From the IMG/VR virus record IMGVR_UViG_3300021478_000002, positions 6,798-70,797 of that record: a stretch of DNA of 64,000 nucleotides; one strand, given 5' to 3'. The DNA is from a virus. The notes beneath the pieces are model-generated. The model did not search any database and had not been told where the DNA came from. It worked only from the letters and a program-made list of their open reading frames with translations. The translations under genes were made by a program, and so were the position numbers. Below are positions 7,353 through 19,000 of the stretch, one piece after another; the stretch's first letter is position 1, and each line of letters begins with the position of its first letter.

Positions 7353-10300
7353 TGGGATCGTTTCCCTCCGATCTGACGATGAAGGTCAACATCGACCCTA
7401 CATCTGCCCTCGCGACTGCCAAAAAGATGGACGAATTGCTAAGGCAAGGCGCGAAGGGCGATGCCGAGGCATACAAGCAGGCCGCAGAGATGGGCATGAG
7501 CATGGCCAAGCAACTGATCAACACCAGCACGCGCGCCGGTCGCCAGCTCGAAACCCAGCTTCGGTCCATCGAGAAACAGACGCAGTCGCTGGGAAAGACT
7601 GCAACGGAGATGAATGAGCAGCAGCGGAGCTGGATGCTGGAGCGCGCACGCGGGTTAAAGAACCAGGAGGAGCAGGAAAAACGGATCAATGCGATCTACG
7701 ATCAGCGGCGGAAATATTTTCAAGAGGAGGAGCGCAGGCAGCAGCAGAAAGGTCCCGGCACCGGTGCCCTGCTCTTCCGTGGTGCGCGCGATATTTTCGA
7801 AGGCCGCATGAGCTACGGCATGATGGATCTCGGCAGGGCCGCGCTTGGCGGGATGGGGGGCGGGGGCGCAGCAGCGGGAGGGGCGGCGGCTGGCGCAGGA
7901 GCGGGCGGAGTTGGAGGCGTGCTCGCCGGAATCAGCGGTACTGCGCTCGCCATCGGCGGTGTGGCGGCGGCCCTGGTCGGCGTGGAAGTCGCCGGTTACG
8001 CCGCCGCCAAAGCTATCGGCGAGTTTGGCCGCGAAGTCCACGACGTGCAGATCAAGACGGGGATGACCGCCGTCGAAGTGCAGCGCCTTCAGTTCGCCGC
8101 CCAAGTCACCGGTCAGGACATCGGCATCGTGGATCGCATGATGCGCGGCCTCACCATGGCCATCGAAGGCACCGATAAGAAGGCCTTTGCCGCCGCCAAG
8201 ACTCTCCAGGACATGGGCGTTGATTTGGTGGCTTTGCAAAAGGGTGGGATCAAGCCGCTGGAGCTATTGCAGCAAATCTCCACCGCGCTTGAAAAGCAGC
8301 CCAACAAATGGCTGCAGAACAAGGAGGCCATGGATCTATTCGGTCGCTCTGGCATTCCGGCGCTGCCCATGATCACGGAGCTGAACCGAGCGCTGGGGGA
8401 AAGCGGAAAACTCCATTTCGTCGACCAGGACCAAATCGACCGATGGAGGGAGGGAAATGTCGAGATCGCGAGAATGGAGACCGAGCTGAAACTGATCAAG
8501 CTCCACCTGGAGGGACTGGTCGCCAAGCCATTCATCATCACCATCGATGTGGTGGGGAAGCTGGGCGATCTGTTGACGAAGGGTATGGGCCAGCAAGAAA
8601 AGTCGGGCCAGGAGCCGGATATACCGGAGGACTTGATCGGGCGCTTTCGTGCCGCCATGGGCGCGGAGAAGACAGCGGAGAGAGCGCCGTATGTCGCCGC
8701 GCAGCAATACGCGAAGGAATTGCAGAAAAACAGCTTGGAGGCGGCGGAGCAGGAGCTATCAGCGGCGAAAGAGGTCTACGACGAAGATCTGAAGAGAGCA
8801 GCCTTAGGCACGGTCATGATCGATCAGCTCAAGGAGCACGAGGCGATCTACAAGAGAATCAGAGATCACGTGGAAGCAATGAGAAAGGCTGATAGCGACC
8901 GGAAGGCCATCGCAGAAGCGCTGCGCCGCTCAATCCTGAATGCGGAGCAGCAGAGAGAGAATCCGTTCGCGCTCCCGGCGGAAGCAGCGTTGAATCGAGA
9001 TTTGAGGATGCACGGAATTACGCCAGCCGACGCATTCCGCTTCTCCTGGCACGCTGCGCCGCAGATTTTGTTTGAGCGCGGGCAACAGGCCGCCAAGTTT
9101 CAGACGGAGATGCTGGGCGTGCAGGAGACCACACAGCGCGAGCTGATGCGTGCGCGCCTGGGCGGCATCGAGCCGGTGAATGTCCGCGAGCTGGGCCAGG
9201 GCGGCGTCACGCGCGCCGACGTGGAGCATGACATCGTGGAGCAGTATCAGCAGCGCGTCGAAATCGCGAAGGAGACCCGCACTATCGAAGAGGACCTGAT
9301 CAACAAACGCAAGATCGACGCCAAAGATAATGTCGGATTGGCCCAGAAGGCACGTGACCTCGAAGCTGTTGCGGGCAAGGAGTTGGTCGCCAATGCAGAA
9401 GCCACAATGGCGATAAAGAAACAGGCGCACGCACTCGCCCAGAGAGAGCGAGATGAGGAGCGGAAGCATACAGAGACGATGTCGAGGATTCAGCTCGCCG
9501 ACCAGGAGGAGTCCATCAAGCACGACGCGGATCTGGCGCGGAAACAAGCCGAGCTACGCTTCAAGGGCGACAACCCGGCGGCGGGCATCGCCGAATCATA
9601 TCGAATCGCCGTGGAGGAGTCTCACCAGCTTTACGATCTGGAGATGCAGCGCATCGCCCTGCATGAAACCGGCTATAAGGCCGAAGAGGACGCTGCCATG
9701 GCTCTCCACAAATTGCACCGGGAGGATGAGGCCGCGCGCGAAGATGCCCAGCTCAAGCTGGCGCAGATGCAACAGCAACAACTCGACGCTCTGAAGAGCA
9801 AGATCGAGCCGCTCTACCACACGCTGTTCACGAACCCTAGGCAATTTGGCACGCAGCTTCGCCAGACGGTGCAGGAAGCTGCGCTGCACCCCATCGTGAG
9901 CGGCCTGAGCGAGATGACCGCCACGGCGCTGCACCCGCTCATTTACGGCGCGGGCGGCACGGGAGGGATCGCAGGTACTCTCGGCGGGATGTTCGGCGGC
10001 GGCAGGCTCAACGACGTCCACCTGATCAACGGCGCGGTGCCGGTTCACATCGTGGGCGCTGGTGGCGGCTTCGGCGGAGGAGGTGGTGGTTTCTTCGGCG
10101 GCGGCTACGGTGGTGGTGGTGGCGGCGGCCTGCCGAGCTTCGCGCAACTCGCGAACCTCCCGATGACCACCGGCTCATACGGCGGCATGGATTTCGGCGG
10201 GATGGCCCTGAGCAGTGCGCTTGGAGGCGGCGTCGGCACATCGCTTTATAACCTGCCAACCGGCGGCAGCTCTGGCATGAATTTTGGTGCCATGACCCTG

Positions 10301-11263
10301 GCGTCTGCCCTTGGCGGCGGTGGTACGGCCAGCGGCGGTCGCGGATTCAACCTGGGCGGCCTGGGCGGGCTCGCGCGTGGTCTGTCGGGCTGGAAACAGA
10401 TGCTCGGCTTCGGCGCGGTGCGCGGAAGCACTCCCGGCTCGGAGTCTCTGGCGCGGGCAGCCGAAGGCCCAGGTGTGAGCGCAGGGGGCGCATTCAGCCT
10501 GAGAGGCTTTGCTGGATCGCCACTGGCCAGAGCCGGAGCCATGACCGGCGGGATGATGGCAGCGCAATCCGGTCTGCTCGGACAGCAGCGTGGCACCGGC
10601 CTTGGTGTCCTGGAAGGCACGCTCGGCGGAGCCGCTATCGGGTTCTCCTTGGCTCCTCCCGGCTTCCAGCCATTGGGCGCTGCCATCGGCGCAGGTGTCG
10701 GCCTGGGGATCGGCTTGGGCGAGATGATCGCGGGCGTGGAATCGCCGCGCAATGAGGCCAAGCGGCTGGTGAGAAGTGTCTACCATATCTCGATCAACAA
10801 CACGACCGCCGACCAGATCGTTTCCATCGCCAACCAATCGTACAGCGGCCACGTCTCTATCGCGGTGCGCTCGCCCGAGGTGCGCCATATGCTGGGGCTC
10901 TACGCCGCCGGAACGGGCCAGGGGTCGATCTTCGCCCAGTCGTCGAACGAACCGCACGGAGCTTCGCTGGTGGAATCTGGCGGCATCCTTGCGCAGCAGG
11001 CGACCTATCAGTACGGGCAGGCATTCAGCCAAAGTTCGAACCTGCCGATCTATGGCGGCACGCCCACGCACGTGCTGGGGCCGCCGGGCGGCGGCATGCA
11101 GCTCTCGCTGAATATCGGCGGCCAGGATGCCGCGCGATTTTTGCAGGGGAACGTAGTGAGCCCTGATGTCGTGCAAGGACAATATGCGGCGGCCATGTAT
11201 GGTTCTTCCGGTCGAGTGTCGCAGAGTTTGATGATGTCGGAGCCCGGCAGTATCGCGTCTTGA
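7352..11263 (+). CDS. Tape measure protein
   Basis: About 1300 aa, helical Ala/Gln/Glu-rich with Gly-rich hydrophobic stretches; KTGMTAVEVQRLQFAA, AMDLFGRSG motifs; TAATG coupling at 7352. Confidence 0.92.
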   Translation: MGSFPSDLTMKVNIDPTSALATAKKMDELLRQGAKGDAEAYKQAAEMGMSMAKQLINTSTRAGRQLETQLRSIEKQTQSLGKTATEMNEQQRSWMLERARGLKNQEEQEKRINAIYDQRRKYFQEEERRQQQKGPGTGALLFRGARDIFEGRMSYGMMDLGRAALGGMGGGGAAAGGAAAGAGAGGVGGVLAGISGTALAIGGVAAALVGVEVAGYAAAKAIGEFGREVHDVQIKTGMTAVEVQRLQFAAQVTGQDIGIVDRMMRGLTMAIEGTDKKAFAAAKTLQDMGVDLVALQKGGIKPLELLQQISTALEKQPNKWLQNKEAMDLFGRSGIPALPMITELNRALGESGKLHFVDQDQIDRWREGNVEIARMETELKLIKLHLEGLVAKPFIITIDVVGKLGDLLTKGMGQQEKSGQEPDIPEDLIGRFRAAMGAEKTAERAPYVAAQQYAKELQKNSLEAAEQELSAAKEVYDEDLKRAALGTVMIDQLKEHEAIYKRIRDHVEAMRKADSDRKAIAEALRRSILNAEQQRENPFALPAEAALNRDLRMHGITPADAFRFSWHAAPQILFERGQQAAKFQTEMLGVQETTQRELMRARLGGIEPVNVRELGQGGVTRADVEHDIVEQYQQRVEIAKETRTIEEDLINKRKIDAKDNVGLAQKARDLEAVAGKELVANAEATMAIKKQAHALAQRERDEERKHTETMSRIQLADQEESIKHDADLARKQAELRFKGDNPAAGIAESYRIAVEESHQLYDLEMQRIALHETGYKAEEDAAMALHKLHREDEAAREDAQLKLAQMQQQQLDALKSKIEPLYHTLFTNPRQFGTQLRQTVQEAALHPIVSGLSEMTATALHPLIYGAGGTGGIAGTLGGMFGGGRLNDVHLINGAVPVHIVGAGGGFGGGGGGFFGGGYGGGGGGGLPSFAQLANLPMTTGSYGGMDFGGMALSSALGGGVGTSLYNLPTGGSSGMNFGAMTLASALGGGGTASGGRGFNLGGLGGLARGLSGWKQMLGFGAVRGSTPGSESLARAAEGPGVSAGGAFSLRGFAGSPLARAGAMTGGMMAAQSGLLGQQRGTGLGVLEGTLGGAAIGFSLAPPGFQPLGAAIGAGVGLGIGLGEMIAGVESPRNEAKRLVRSVYHISINNTTADQIVSIANQSYSGHVSIAVRSPEVRHMLGLYAAGTGQGSIFAQSSNEPHGASLVESGGILAQQATYQYGQAFSQSSNLPIYGGTPTHVLGPPGGGMQLSLNIGGQDAARFLQGNVVSPDVVQGQYAAAMYGSSGRVSQSLMMSEPGSIAS

Positions 11264-11290
11264 AGTTGCGTGATTTATGGGTGAGAATAT

Positions 11291-11355
11291 GGCAGGGCTA
11301 GGTAAGGCGAGGCGGGGCAGGGCTTGGCGAGGCCGGGCTCGGTCTGGCATGGCGT
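11291..11355 (+). repeat. GGYNN pentamer tract (13 units)
   Basis: ggcag ggcta ggtaa ggcga ggcgg ggcag ggctt ggcga ggccg ggctc ggtct ggcat ggcgt. Confidence 0.85.
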
Positions 11356-11376
11356 GGGCGTCAATGACGCAAGGGC

Positions 11377-11832
11377 ATGGCGGGTTCCGTCATGCCTTCT
11401 AACCTCTCGCCAGCGACGGTCGCGCCCGGCAATGTGCTGCCGCAGTCACTCTCTACCTCATTCGTGGAGACTCTAGTCTATCCGTTGCTCGCCGTCTCAT
11501 ATGCCGACGGCACTTTCGAGCGTTCGTTGATTGTGGATGGAGTCAATCCGCCGCGCGCGCTGCGCACCTGGGTCATGGCGAAGCGGCTGACGACGGCGCA
11601 GCTTACAACGTTGTTCAATTTCTGGACGACTCAGGCGGTCGGCGGTCTCAATGCGTTCTACTTCTACAATCCGGTCGATATACTGCCCGGCCAGCACATC
11701 GGCTCCAACTACGACCCGACCGGCAATAATACGCAGGGTCGTGTGATCTGCTTCTTCCGGGGCGACTGGGCGCAACGCACCGAGCTGGGACGCCACGCAG
11801 GGCCCAACCTAATGCTCATCGAGGTCGCGTGA
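11377..11832 (+). CDS. Distal/minor tail protein (gpM/DUF2460-like)
   Basis: Follows tape measure; LFNFW...GGLNAFYFYNP...LIEV pattern. Confidence 0.65.
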   Translation: MAGSVMPSNLSPATVAPGNVLPQSLSTSFVETLVYPLLAVSYADGTFERSLIVDGVNPPRALRTWVMAKRLTTAQLTTLFNFWTTQAVGGLNAFYFYNPVDILPGQHIGSNYDPTGNNTQGRVICFFRGDWAQRTELGRHAGPNLMLIEVA

Positions 11833-11833
11833 G

Positions 11834-14800
11834 ATGGCGGATCAAATCGGTCGCATCCCGGTGCCAGTCCCGGTCAGGTCGGGCGCTACCTTCACGCTGA
11901 AATCCGAGTATGGCTACGGCGTCACACAGGATTGGCGCGTTGTGGAACACCGCTTTGGCGAGTTGGCCACGCTCGGAGTGCAGCGATACGGCGTCGGCAG
12001 CGGCGCGCGCCATTTTCAGTGGGTCAAATCCTCCCTGAACTACGCCGACCGGCAGTATCTGCTCACCTTCTACAATCAGGTGCAGGGTTCGTATCAATCC
12101 TTCACATACCCGGTGCCCAACACCGACCGCTCGACATTCACCAACGTCGAGGTCATATTCGACACGCCGCCGATCTCCATCACGGATCTGGTCAACCGCG
12201 CGCAGACCGGCCTGACCTTCACGGAGATCGTTAGCCAGGGTGCCGCATATACCGGCACCGTCGGTGCGGTATGCAGCCGCTTCCCGTCCACGGCCCTGGC
12301 TGCGGCGCTCGCCAGCGAGGTCCAGATCATCATCCCGCTGATTCACATCAAGGTGCGCAACCCGGCTGTGCCTGACATCTACCTGTCCGACCGGCGCGTC
12401 AATATGGTCGGTTTTCCCGGCGCACCCAGCCCGGTGACGTTCCTGCCGCGCCTGCTGGGCGTGGGCGTACCGGGCACTCAAGACGTCATCATGTCGCAGT
12501 CTCTCGATGGCCGCTCCGATAACGTCAGGTTCACGCTCGGCAACGCGGACAGGGCGATGTCGCAGCTCGTCAACGACTGCTCACTGGAATACGCCTCCAT
12601 CGATATGAGCTTCTTCCACGTCGGCACCGGCATCCTGCTGCAGCTCTGGAAGGGCGTGGTCCTCTCGTGGCAAGCGGATGGATCGCCGCAGTTCAGCATG
12701 CAGTGCTCCGACGGTCTCTATCCCATCACCCAGGCATACCCGCCGCGCACCGTTAGCAGGCAGTGCTGGAAGCCGTTCAACGCGGATGTCGTGCCCGGCT
12801 ACCGGCCCTGCCCGTGGGCGACGGTCGGCGGCAACGTCGGCAATGCGACGTCCTGCGACTATTTCTTCAACTCGCCGAACGGCTGTCTCTCGCACGGCAT
12901 GTCGAACTACTTCGGCGGCCATCCCGAACAACCGCAGAACGTGGTGATCAAAGATAACGGCACCGGCATTATGGGCGGATTTTTCCGTTCGACGGTGACA
13001 TCAACCTCGATCCTGTCGGATAGCATCTGGGGCCAGCCGCTGCCGGAAATTTGGTGCAATTATTTCGGCTCGCCGCAGCGGGCCTTTTGGGCGAACTGTC
13101 AGATCGCCGCTGTTCGCGACGAGTCCGATTACATGGACTTGTTGGGGATTGTGGGCGCGGGACCTATCGGCGCTTTCGAAGGCATGAGCGTGCAGACCAA
13201 CAGCGACGGCTACAAATTTGTCGTGGCACCGACGGCGGATGGGTTCTTCCCACAAGGCTTCAAGGTGGACAGCCACCTCAATATCGCCAGCAACTACTAC
13301 CAGCTAGGCCTGGGCTTGCGTCAGTCGCTCGGCAACGATCCCGCACACTTGGCCACGGCCCCCACCGATGGCATCGATGCGTTCTCGCTCGGTCAGGGGT
13401 CGCCGCAGCACTGGGACGAGCCCGACCCGAATTGGAGCAACCTCGCCGGGCATCCGAATACCATCATTCCCTACGCGGCAGGCACGGCGCTCTGCGAGGT
13501 GCGCTATCCCAAGTCTGCCGGGACCGGCCTTGCGCCGACGACCGCCGAGAGTCATAGCATGCAGTGCCCGATCCGCTTCGGGTTGACCGGCAGCGTCTTC
13601 GATACGACCGGCGCGCGCACGCTCGTTTCCGGTCTGGTCAACCCCTTCTGGGTGGCCGCCAATTCTTATTTTCGGGCGCTGGGAATCCAGCATGCGGATG
13701 CCGCCACGCAACTCTCCTATCTGGTCCTCAGTTCGATCACCAACACGAGCGGCATGGGATGCGCGGATATCGCCGGGCAGTGGGTTGCCCCCGTCGTCGG
13801 CATGCAGGTGATTCCGACCTATGTCGTGACCACTGCGGGCCAAGCATTGGCACACTACAATCTCGATTTTTTCAATGGCAACTTCGGCACCTTTACTTAT
13901 CAGAACAGTTCCGGCACCGTCATAACGATGTCGCTCTCGGCAGCCCAAACAGCAGGCTACATCACCGTCGTCAGCCAGCCGAACCAAGAGCTGCAATTCG
14001 TGTTCCAGGGCAGCATCGCGGAATTCAAACCGTTCCGCGATTGGCTGACGGAGATTCTCAACTGTGCGTTGGGTTATTTTTGCTTCGAGTTCGGCCAGTT
14101 GAAAATGGGCATCCGCTACAGTGCGGTGCCGACCGATTCGTTCACCATCGGCTCGATGCTGTACCAGTCGCTGACCATCACGCCGATCCAGTCCCAGTTC
14201 GAATACCTGAAGATCACCTTCGCGAACGTGGAGCTGCAATACCAGCAGGATCTCGCGGAATACCAGGACAAGGACCACGCGATCTACTATGGCCGCGCCG
14301 GTACGCCGCTGACCAGCAACATGCGCTCCGTGGGCTGCTCCACGCTTTCGCAGGGTCTGCGGATCGCCGTCACGCGCACGCGCGAGGAGATCGGCGGCAT
14401 CCTGCGCAAGGACCTTGGAGACGCCCAGAAGTACATCGAGTGGGACAACCATAAGCGCGTGAGCTTCAAATCCACACTGCTCGCGCTCAACAACGAGATC
14501 GGGCAGGTGATTGGCATCCAGCATCCCGACCTGCCGACGTACCCCGGTGCCGTGCCGAATCCCAACAAGCCCGGCAACAACGGTCCCTTCCCCGCGCATA
14601 CGTGGCCGTTCCGCATCCAGAAGTGGATGCTCCACAGCGACTGGTCGGTCAGCATCCTGGCTGACTCGTGCGTGGATAGCATGTATGACCTGGACGTTGG
14701 TCCGCAACCCTTAGGCGTCGGCCCGCGCCCGCTGCCGGTGATGTTTTTCCCCGAGCCACTGGGTCAGTGGGCCCCGTATCAGGTGCAGGCCGATCCGGCG

Positions 14801-16060
14801 GATGCGCTCTACCCGAGCGAGTGGACGTTCAATTTGCAACAGACCTTCCAATACCAGGGAGACGGCGTGCTGCTTACCAGCGCCGTGGTCGCGGGCTGCC
14901 TGCCGGTCAATCAATTCGTGCCCGGCTGCGGCGCTCCTGACGTCAAGAAGGGCGATGTCTCATGGGCGACCACTGGCGGCAGCATTCCCGGCGGCACCAC
15001 CCTGTTCGTCCAGATCTGCGCGGCCATCGCGGACACGACGAACCCCGCGAACCCCGTGGTGACGCAATACAGCCCGCCGTCAGAGATCCTGGTGCTCCAG
15101 GTGCCGACCGGCACGAATACGAATACGCTGACGATCAATGATATCCAGTGGCCGACGGCGAGCGGCCTGAATGCCTGGGTGCTGTTTGCGAACACCGTCG
15201 AGGATCTGCTCTGCGGCCAGGAAGCCGCGCTCGGCCAGCCCGCGTCCATCACCTTCGCCGGGCCGGTGCTCCGGCAGACGTACGGCGTCCCTGACTTCGA
15301 CCTGAACATTCTGCGCCTGCGCGCCCAGGTGCTGATCCATGGCGGCGTGCTCGGCGCGGGCGTCGATGCGCTGACCAGCTCGCCACATACCATCACCAGC
15401 CACGCCACGATTGATCTCGCAGGCACGGACAACTGGGCGAATCGCGTGCTCGCCATCATTGGTCGCCAGCAGGGCAGCGGCATCGCCCCGTTCGCGCATT
15501 TCAACATCACGTCGTTCTCCCCGTCGATGGGCACGTTTACGCTGGACCGCGATCCCATAGCGGCGGGCGTGCAGGTAGGCGACATCTTCGTCGTGTGCTT
15601 CCTGGGCGCGGACAACGGCTCAAACCCGCATGTGGTCGGCGACCCCGGCCTGAGCAACGCGAACAATACTCCACCGCACACCGGCGAGCTGGTGAACGAC
15701 CCCAACCGCATTGGCCGCATGGTCCGCGTCATCAAAGGTACGAGCCGTGGGATGTCGGCGAAGATCGTCAGCAACGATACCACTAGCTACACGCTCGATC
15801 AGGCGCTGCCCATTGATACCACGAGCGTGTGGGTCGTCTGCGATCCCGGCTGGAATTATTCCAAGGACGTGATCGTTAACAATGCCGATCCCATGAAGGT
15901 CACGGCGTCGGCCATCGAAATCAACAATTACAAACGGCTCGCGCTGTTGGTGGAAGGCGTGACGATTGACAACGAGGCGCAGATTGTGGACGACGCCAAT
16001 GCGTGCGTCCGAATGCTTTTCATTCCCGGTGCGCAGGGCACCACCAACGTGACGACCTGA
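11834..16060 (+). CDS. Tail tip/hub protein (gpJ-like, multi-domain)
   Basis: 1408 aa; N-terminal gpM-like domain, Cys cluster (CWKPF...CPW...CDY...C..H) as in gpL-type proteins, FRDWLTEILNCALGY hub-like region. Confidence 0.75.
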   Translation: MADQIGRIPVPVPVRSGATFTLKSEYGYGVTQDWRVVEHRFGELATLGVQRYGVGSGARHFQWVKSSLNYADRQYLLTFYNQVQGSYQSFTYPVPNTDRSTFTNVEVIFDTPPISITDLVNRAQTGLTFTEIVSQGAAYTGTVGAVCSRFPSTALAAALASEVQIIIPLIHIKVRNPAVPDIYLSDRRVNMVGFPGAPSPVTFLPRLLGVGVPGTQDVIMSQSLDGRSDNVRFTLGNADRAMSQLVNDCSLEYASIDMSFFHVGTGILLQLWKGVVLSWQADGSPQFSMQCSDGLYPITQAYPPRTVSRQCWKPFNADVVPGYRPCPWATVGGNVGNATSCDYFFNSPNGCLSHGMSNYFGGHPEQPQNVVIKDNGTGIMGGFFRSTVTSTSILSDSIWGQPLPEIWCNYFGSPQRAFWANCQIAAVRDESDYMDLLGIVGAGPIGAFEGMSVQTNSDGYKFVVAPTADGFFPQGFKVDSHLNIASNYYQLGLGLRQSLGNDPAHLATAPTDGIDAFSLGQGSPQHWDEPDPNWSNLAGHPNTIIPYAAGTALCEVRYPKSAGTGLAPTTAESHSMQCPIRFGLTGSVFDTTGARTLVSGLVNPFWVAANSYFRALGIQHADAATQLSYLVLSSITNTSGMGCADIAGQWVAPVVGMQVIPTYVVTTAGQALAHYNLDFFNGNFGTFTYQNSSGTVITMSLSAAQTAGYITVVSQPNQELQFVFQGSIAEFKPFRDWLTEILNCALGYFCFEFGQLKMGIRYSAVPTDSFTIGSMLYQSLTITPIQSQFEYLKITFANVELQYQQDLAEYQDKDHAIYYGRAGTPLTSNMRSVGCSTLSQGLRIAVTRTREEIGGILRKDLGDAQKYIEWDNHKRVSFKSTLLALNNEIGQVIGIQHPDLPTYPGAVPNPNKPGNNGPFPAHTWPFRIQKWMLHSDWSVSILADSCVDSMYDLDVGPQPLGVGPRPLPVMFFPEPLGQWAPYQVQADPADALYPSEWTFNLQQTFQYQGDGVLLTSAVVAGCLPVNQFVPGCGAPDVKKGDVSWATTGGSIPGGTTLFVQICAAIADTTNPANPVVTQYSPPSEILVLQVPTGTNTNTLTINDIQWPTASGLNAWVLFANTVEDLLCGQEAALGQPASITFAGPVLRQTYGVPDFDLNILRLRAQVLIHGGVLGAGVDALTSSPHTITSHATIDLAGTDNWANRVLAIIGRQQGSGIAPFAHFNITSFSPSMGTFTLDRDPIAAGVQVGDIFVVCFLGADNGSNPHVVGDPGLSNANNTPPHTGELVNDPNRIGRMVRVIKGTSRGMSAKIVSNDTTSYTLDQALPIDTTSVWVVCDPGWNYSKDVIVNNADPMKVTASAIEINNYKRLALLVEGVTIDNEAQIVDDANACVRMLFIPGAQGTTNVTT

Positions 16061-16061
16061 C

Positions 16062-19000
16062 ATGAGCACCGATTACACCGTTAAGATCACCGACAGGCTC
16101 CTGCGCTTCGACACGACCAACGACGACGTCCTCCTTACGCTCCTGCCCTTCAAACAGACCCCGAATGCGCCCTACGAAATCCACCGCATCAGCAAGGGCG
16201 ACGGGCACACCGTCACGATTCGCGTCGATCCATCGACCACAGATTTTCTCCTGCCCGACCGCAGCACGACGATCTTACTGACCGATGCGAATCCGACGGC
16301 GATGATCCGCATCCCGGCAGACGGTGCTTCTCCGGCCTTCGTCGCCCAAGGCGGCGGCAGCGGTGGTGGTGGCGGCGGCGGCACGGATACAATCATTGGG
16401 CCGGTCACCGGCTTCACGAGCGCAGGCGAGGTGGGCACCCGCTACGCCAGCGATCCCGACCGGCTCGTGCATCTGACCATCGGGTTCGTGCCGATCTCTC
16501 CGGTGCCGCAGCCGATCACCTACTTCGTCAGCGCCGACGATGGCGCGCACTGGACCTGGATCGGGTCGCAGCGCATGCAGGCGACCGGCCAGCAGCTCCT
16601 GGTGGACCGGCTGGCTCCAGGCGCGACGTCGACGTGGATGATGGCGGCGGTCGCGGGCAACCTGGGAGGCGATCCCTCACCTATCCTGGACGCCAACCTG
16701 AGCACGCTCTATGCGGGCGTCGTTCGGTCCAGTTCGTTCCCGGTGCTCGGCCTGACAGCGCCTGCTGCCTCGACCGGGATCACGGCCACCATCGGCACCC
16801 AGCAAAATGTGGTCTCAGCGGATGGCTTCACACAGTATGGTGTGATTACCGGCGTCTCCTACAACGGCGGGATTGTCGGCATGGTCTACACGGACCCGGT
16901 CGGCACGAGCAATTTTTTCGTGCGTATCACGTCTCAGATTTTGGACTCCTCTCGCAATTCGCTGGCAGCGGAAGCGCCGCACGGAGGAACGCTGATTACC
17001 GGGGGATCGCACTCCGAACCACCCCATCTCATTACCTACGTGCCCGGCTTGGCGTTCGTTCGCTACCGGTTTTACTTGGCGAATCGGAACTCACAAGGCG
17101 GCGGCGACTTCTCCGACGCGAGCACCAACACGTTACAGATGGTCAGCTACAACAGCGCCGCGCCCGCCGACCACTATGACGTCCCGATCACCATCCCGCC
17201 ATTCACGCCGATCAACCCCGACACCGCTTTCAACGTCACCTCAGTCACGGCGTCCGAAGTGGGGCCGAAATACCAGGACACCCAGCAGGGCCTGCACACC
17301 ACTATCGGCGTGGTCCCGGTCATCGACCATGACTACAGCAGCCCGCGCACGGTCACGATCTGGTTCGATTTCGGAACCGGGAACCCGGTGTGGCAGGGCT
17401 GGTACTCATTGTCCAACCAGGGGCAGGTGGTCCGCATCGGAGACTCCACGCTGGGCACCGACGGCGTTCGCAAATCGGGCAACATTTGGGTTCCCGCAAA
17501 CGCCGGTCAGGGCAACTGGATTTGCTACTGCGGCGCGGGCCACCTCGACAACGGCACCAATCCCAACGCATACAAGTCGTGCAATTTTACGGTGGTGCCG
17601 GTGGCCCCCTGCTTGCCCAACGGCGTCACCAACGCACAATTTCTTCCCAATCCGGCGACCAGCGACCCTATCGATTACAGCAAATACGATCCCGGCATCT
17701 GGTTTTGGGAATATTACTGCCTGACGTTCCAGCCGCCGACCCTGGCGTTCGACCCGAACTACTGGTTCACGCTCGTCACAATTCAAAAAGGCGGAATCAT
17801 CGGCGGCGTGTGGACCCAAGCCCCCGACTCTGAGGGTATCAACGCGGACCCGCACCTTAACTTTTTGGGCAGGGTGCATGCGGAGATCAACCAGCTTCCC
17901 GGCGTCAGCGGCGGCCAGATTAGCATCCTGAAAAAGTTCGGTGCTAACCCTGCGACCTGGAACATCCCGCCAGCGCAGAACGAAGACCTGACTCCGAATC
18001 CTTACCGGACCTTTCGCTTCTGGCTGTACAACGTGAGCAGGCTGGGCACGGACACAAGCGGCAGCGGCGGCGCTGGCACCTACACGTTGCAGACGTCCTG
18101 CTGGCCCGGCGGTGCGGATCACTTCGATCTGACGCCGGTGCCGAAGAACAGTTCGCTTGATTTCCGCGCTGCGAACCCGGCGACGATCACCGCTCCGCTC
18201 ACCGGCGGCAACGGCCAGCCGCTGACAATCCCGCCGTACGATGCGGGGAGCGGGACGGGCGGAATTGGTGTCGGATATCTGGGGCCTCAGTCGGTCCATG
18301 CGATCAACATGGCTAAGGACTCCATCACCGCAGCCAATCAGGCGCTGGCGGCAAGCTCGGTGGTAGATCCGAACCTCGTGAGCATGGGCATCAACAAGGT
18401 CACCTACGGCACCAGCATATTCGCGGGCGATGTGGTTCTCAGCCGGGGCATCAGCCTGCCCGTGATCATTCTGAAAAATACCGGGATCTTTTTGTACGGG
18501 CAGGCAGATGCTTCAACTGGCGCTTCCGGCCTACTCAGCAAGCCCTACGTCGGCATTCAGAATAATGCGATTGGACTCTTTCAGGGAGGTACGGGAACAG
18601 CATCAAATTCGGGGCCGGGAACAGGCGGCTCAGTCTTTCTCGACGCGGCGAACGCTGCGATCACGATCTACAGCACAAACGGTGATATCACCAAGCCCTA
18701 CCTCACGGTGAATTCAGCGGGAATCATGATCGTGAACGGCGTGAACAGCTTCGCCGTCAACAGCAATGCGATGGTGTTTCTCGACACCGGGAATAAAAAC
18801 CGGATCGACATCAATTCGGCTGGGATCACCCTGTCGAATAAGATCAACGCTGACGGTACGATCCCCACTACAGCCAATCAACTGGTGATGCTCTCCACCG
18901 GGCTACAGTTCACGATTGCTCAGGTTGCACAGATCACGGTCCACCAGACGAATGGCATCACCCTCTCAAACGGCGGCACCAGCAGCGTCGTGGTCACCAA

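Noticed and set aside
13304-14707. Long antisense ORFs (e.g. 13304-14707, 10175-11350, 32769-33962, 43327-44250)
   Set aside because: Shadow frames of GC-rich sense genes with no recognisable motifs
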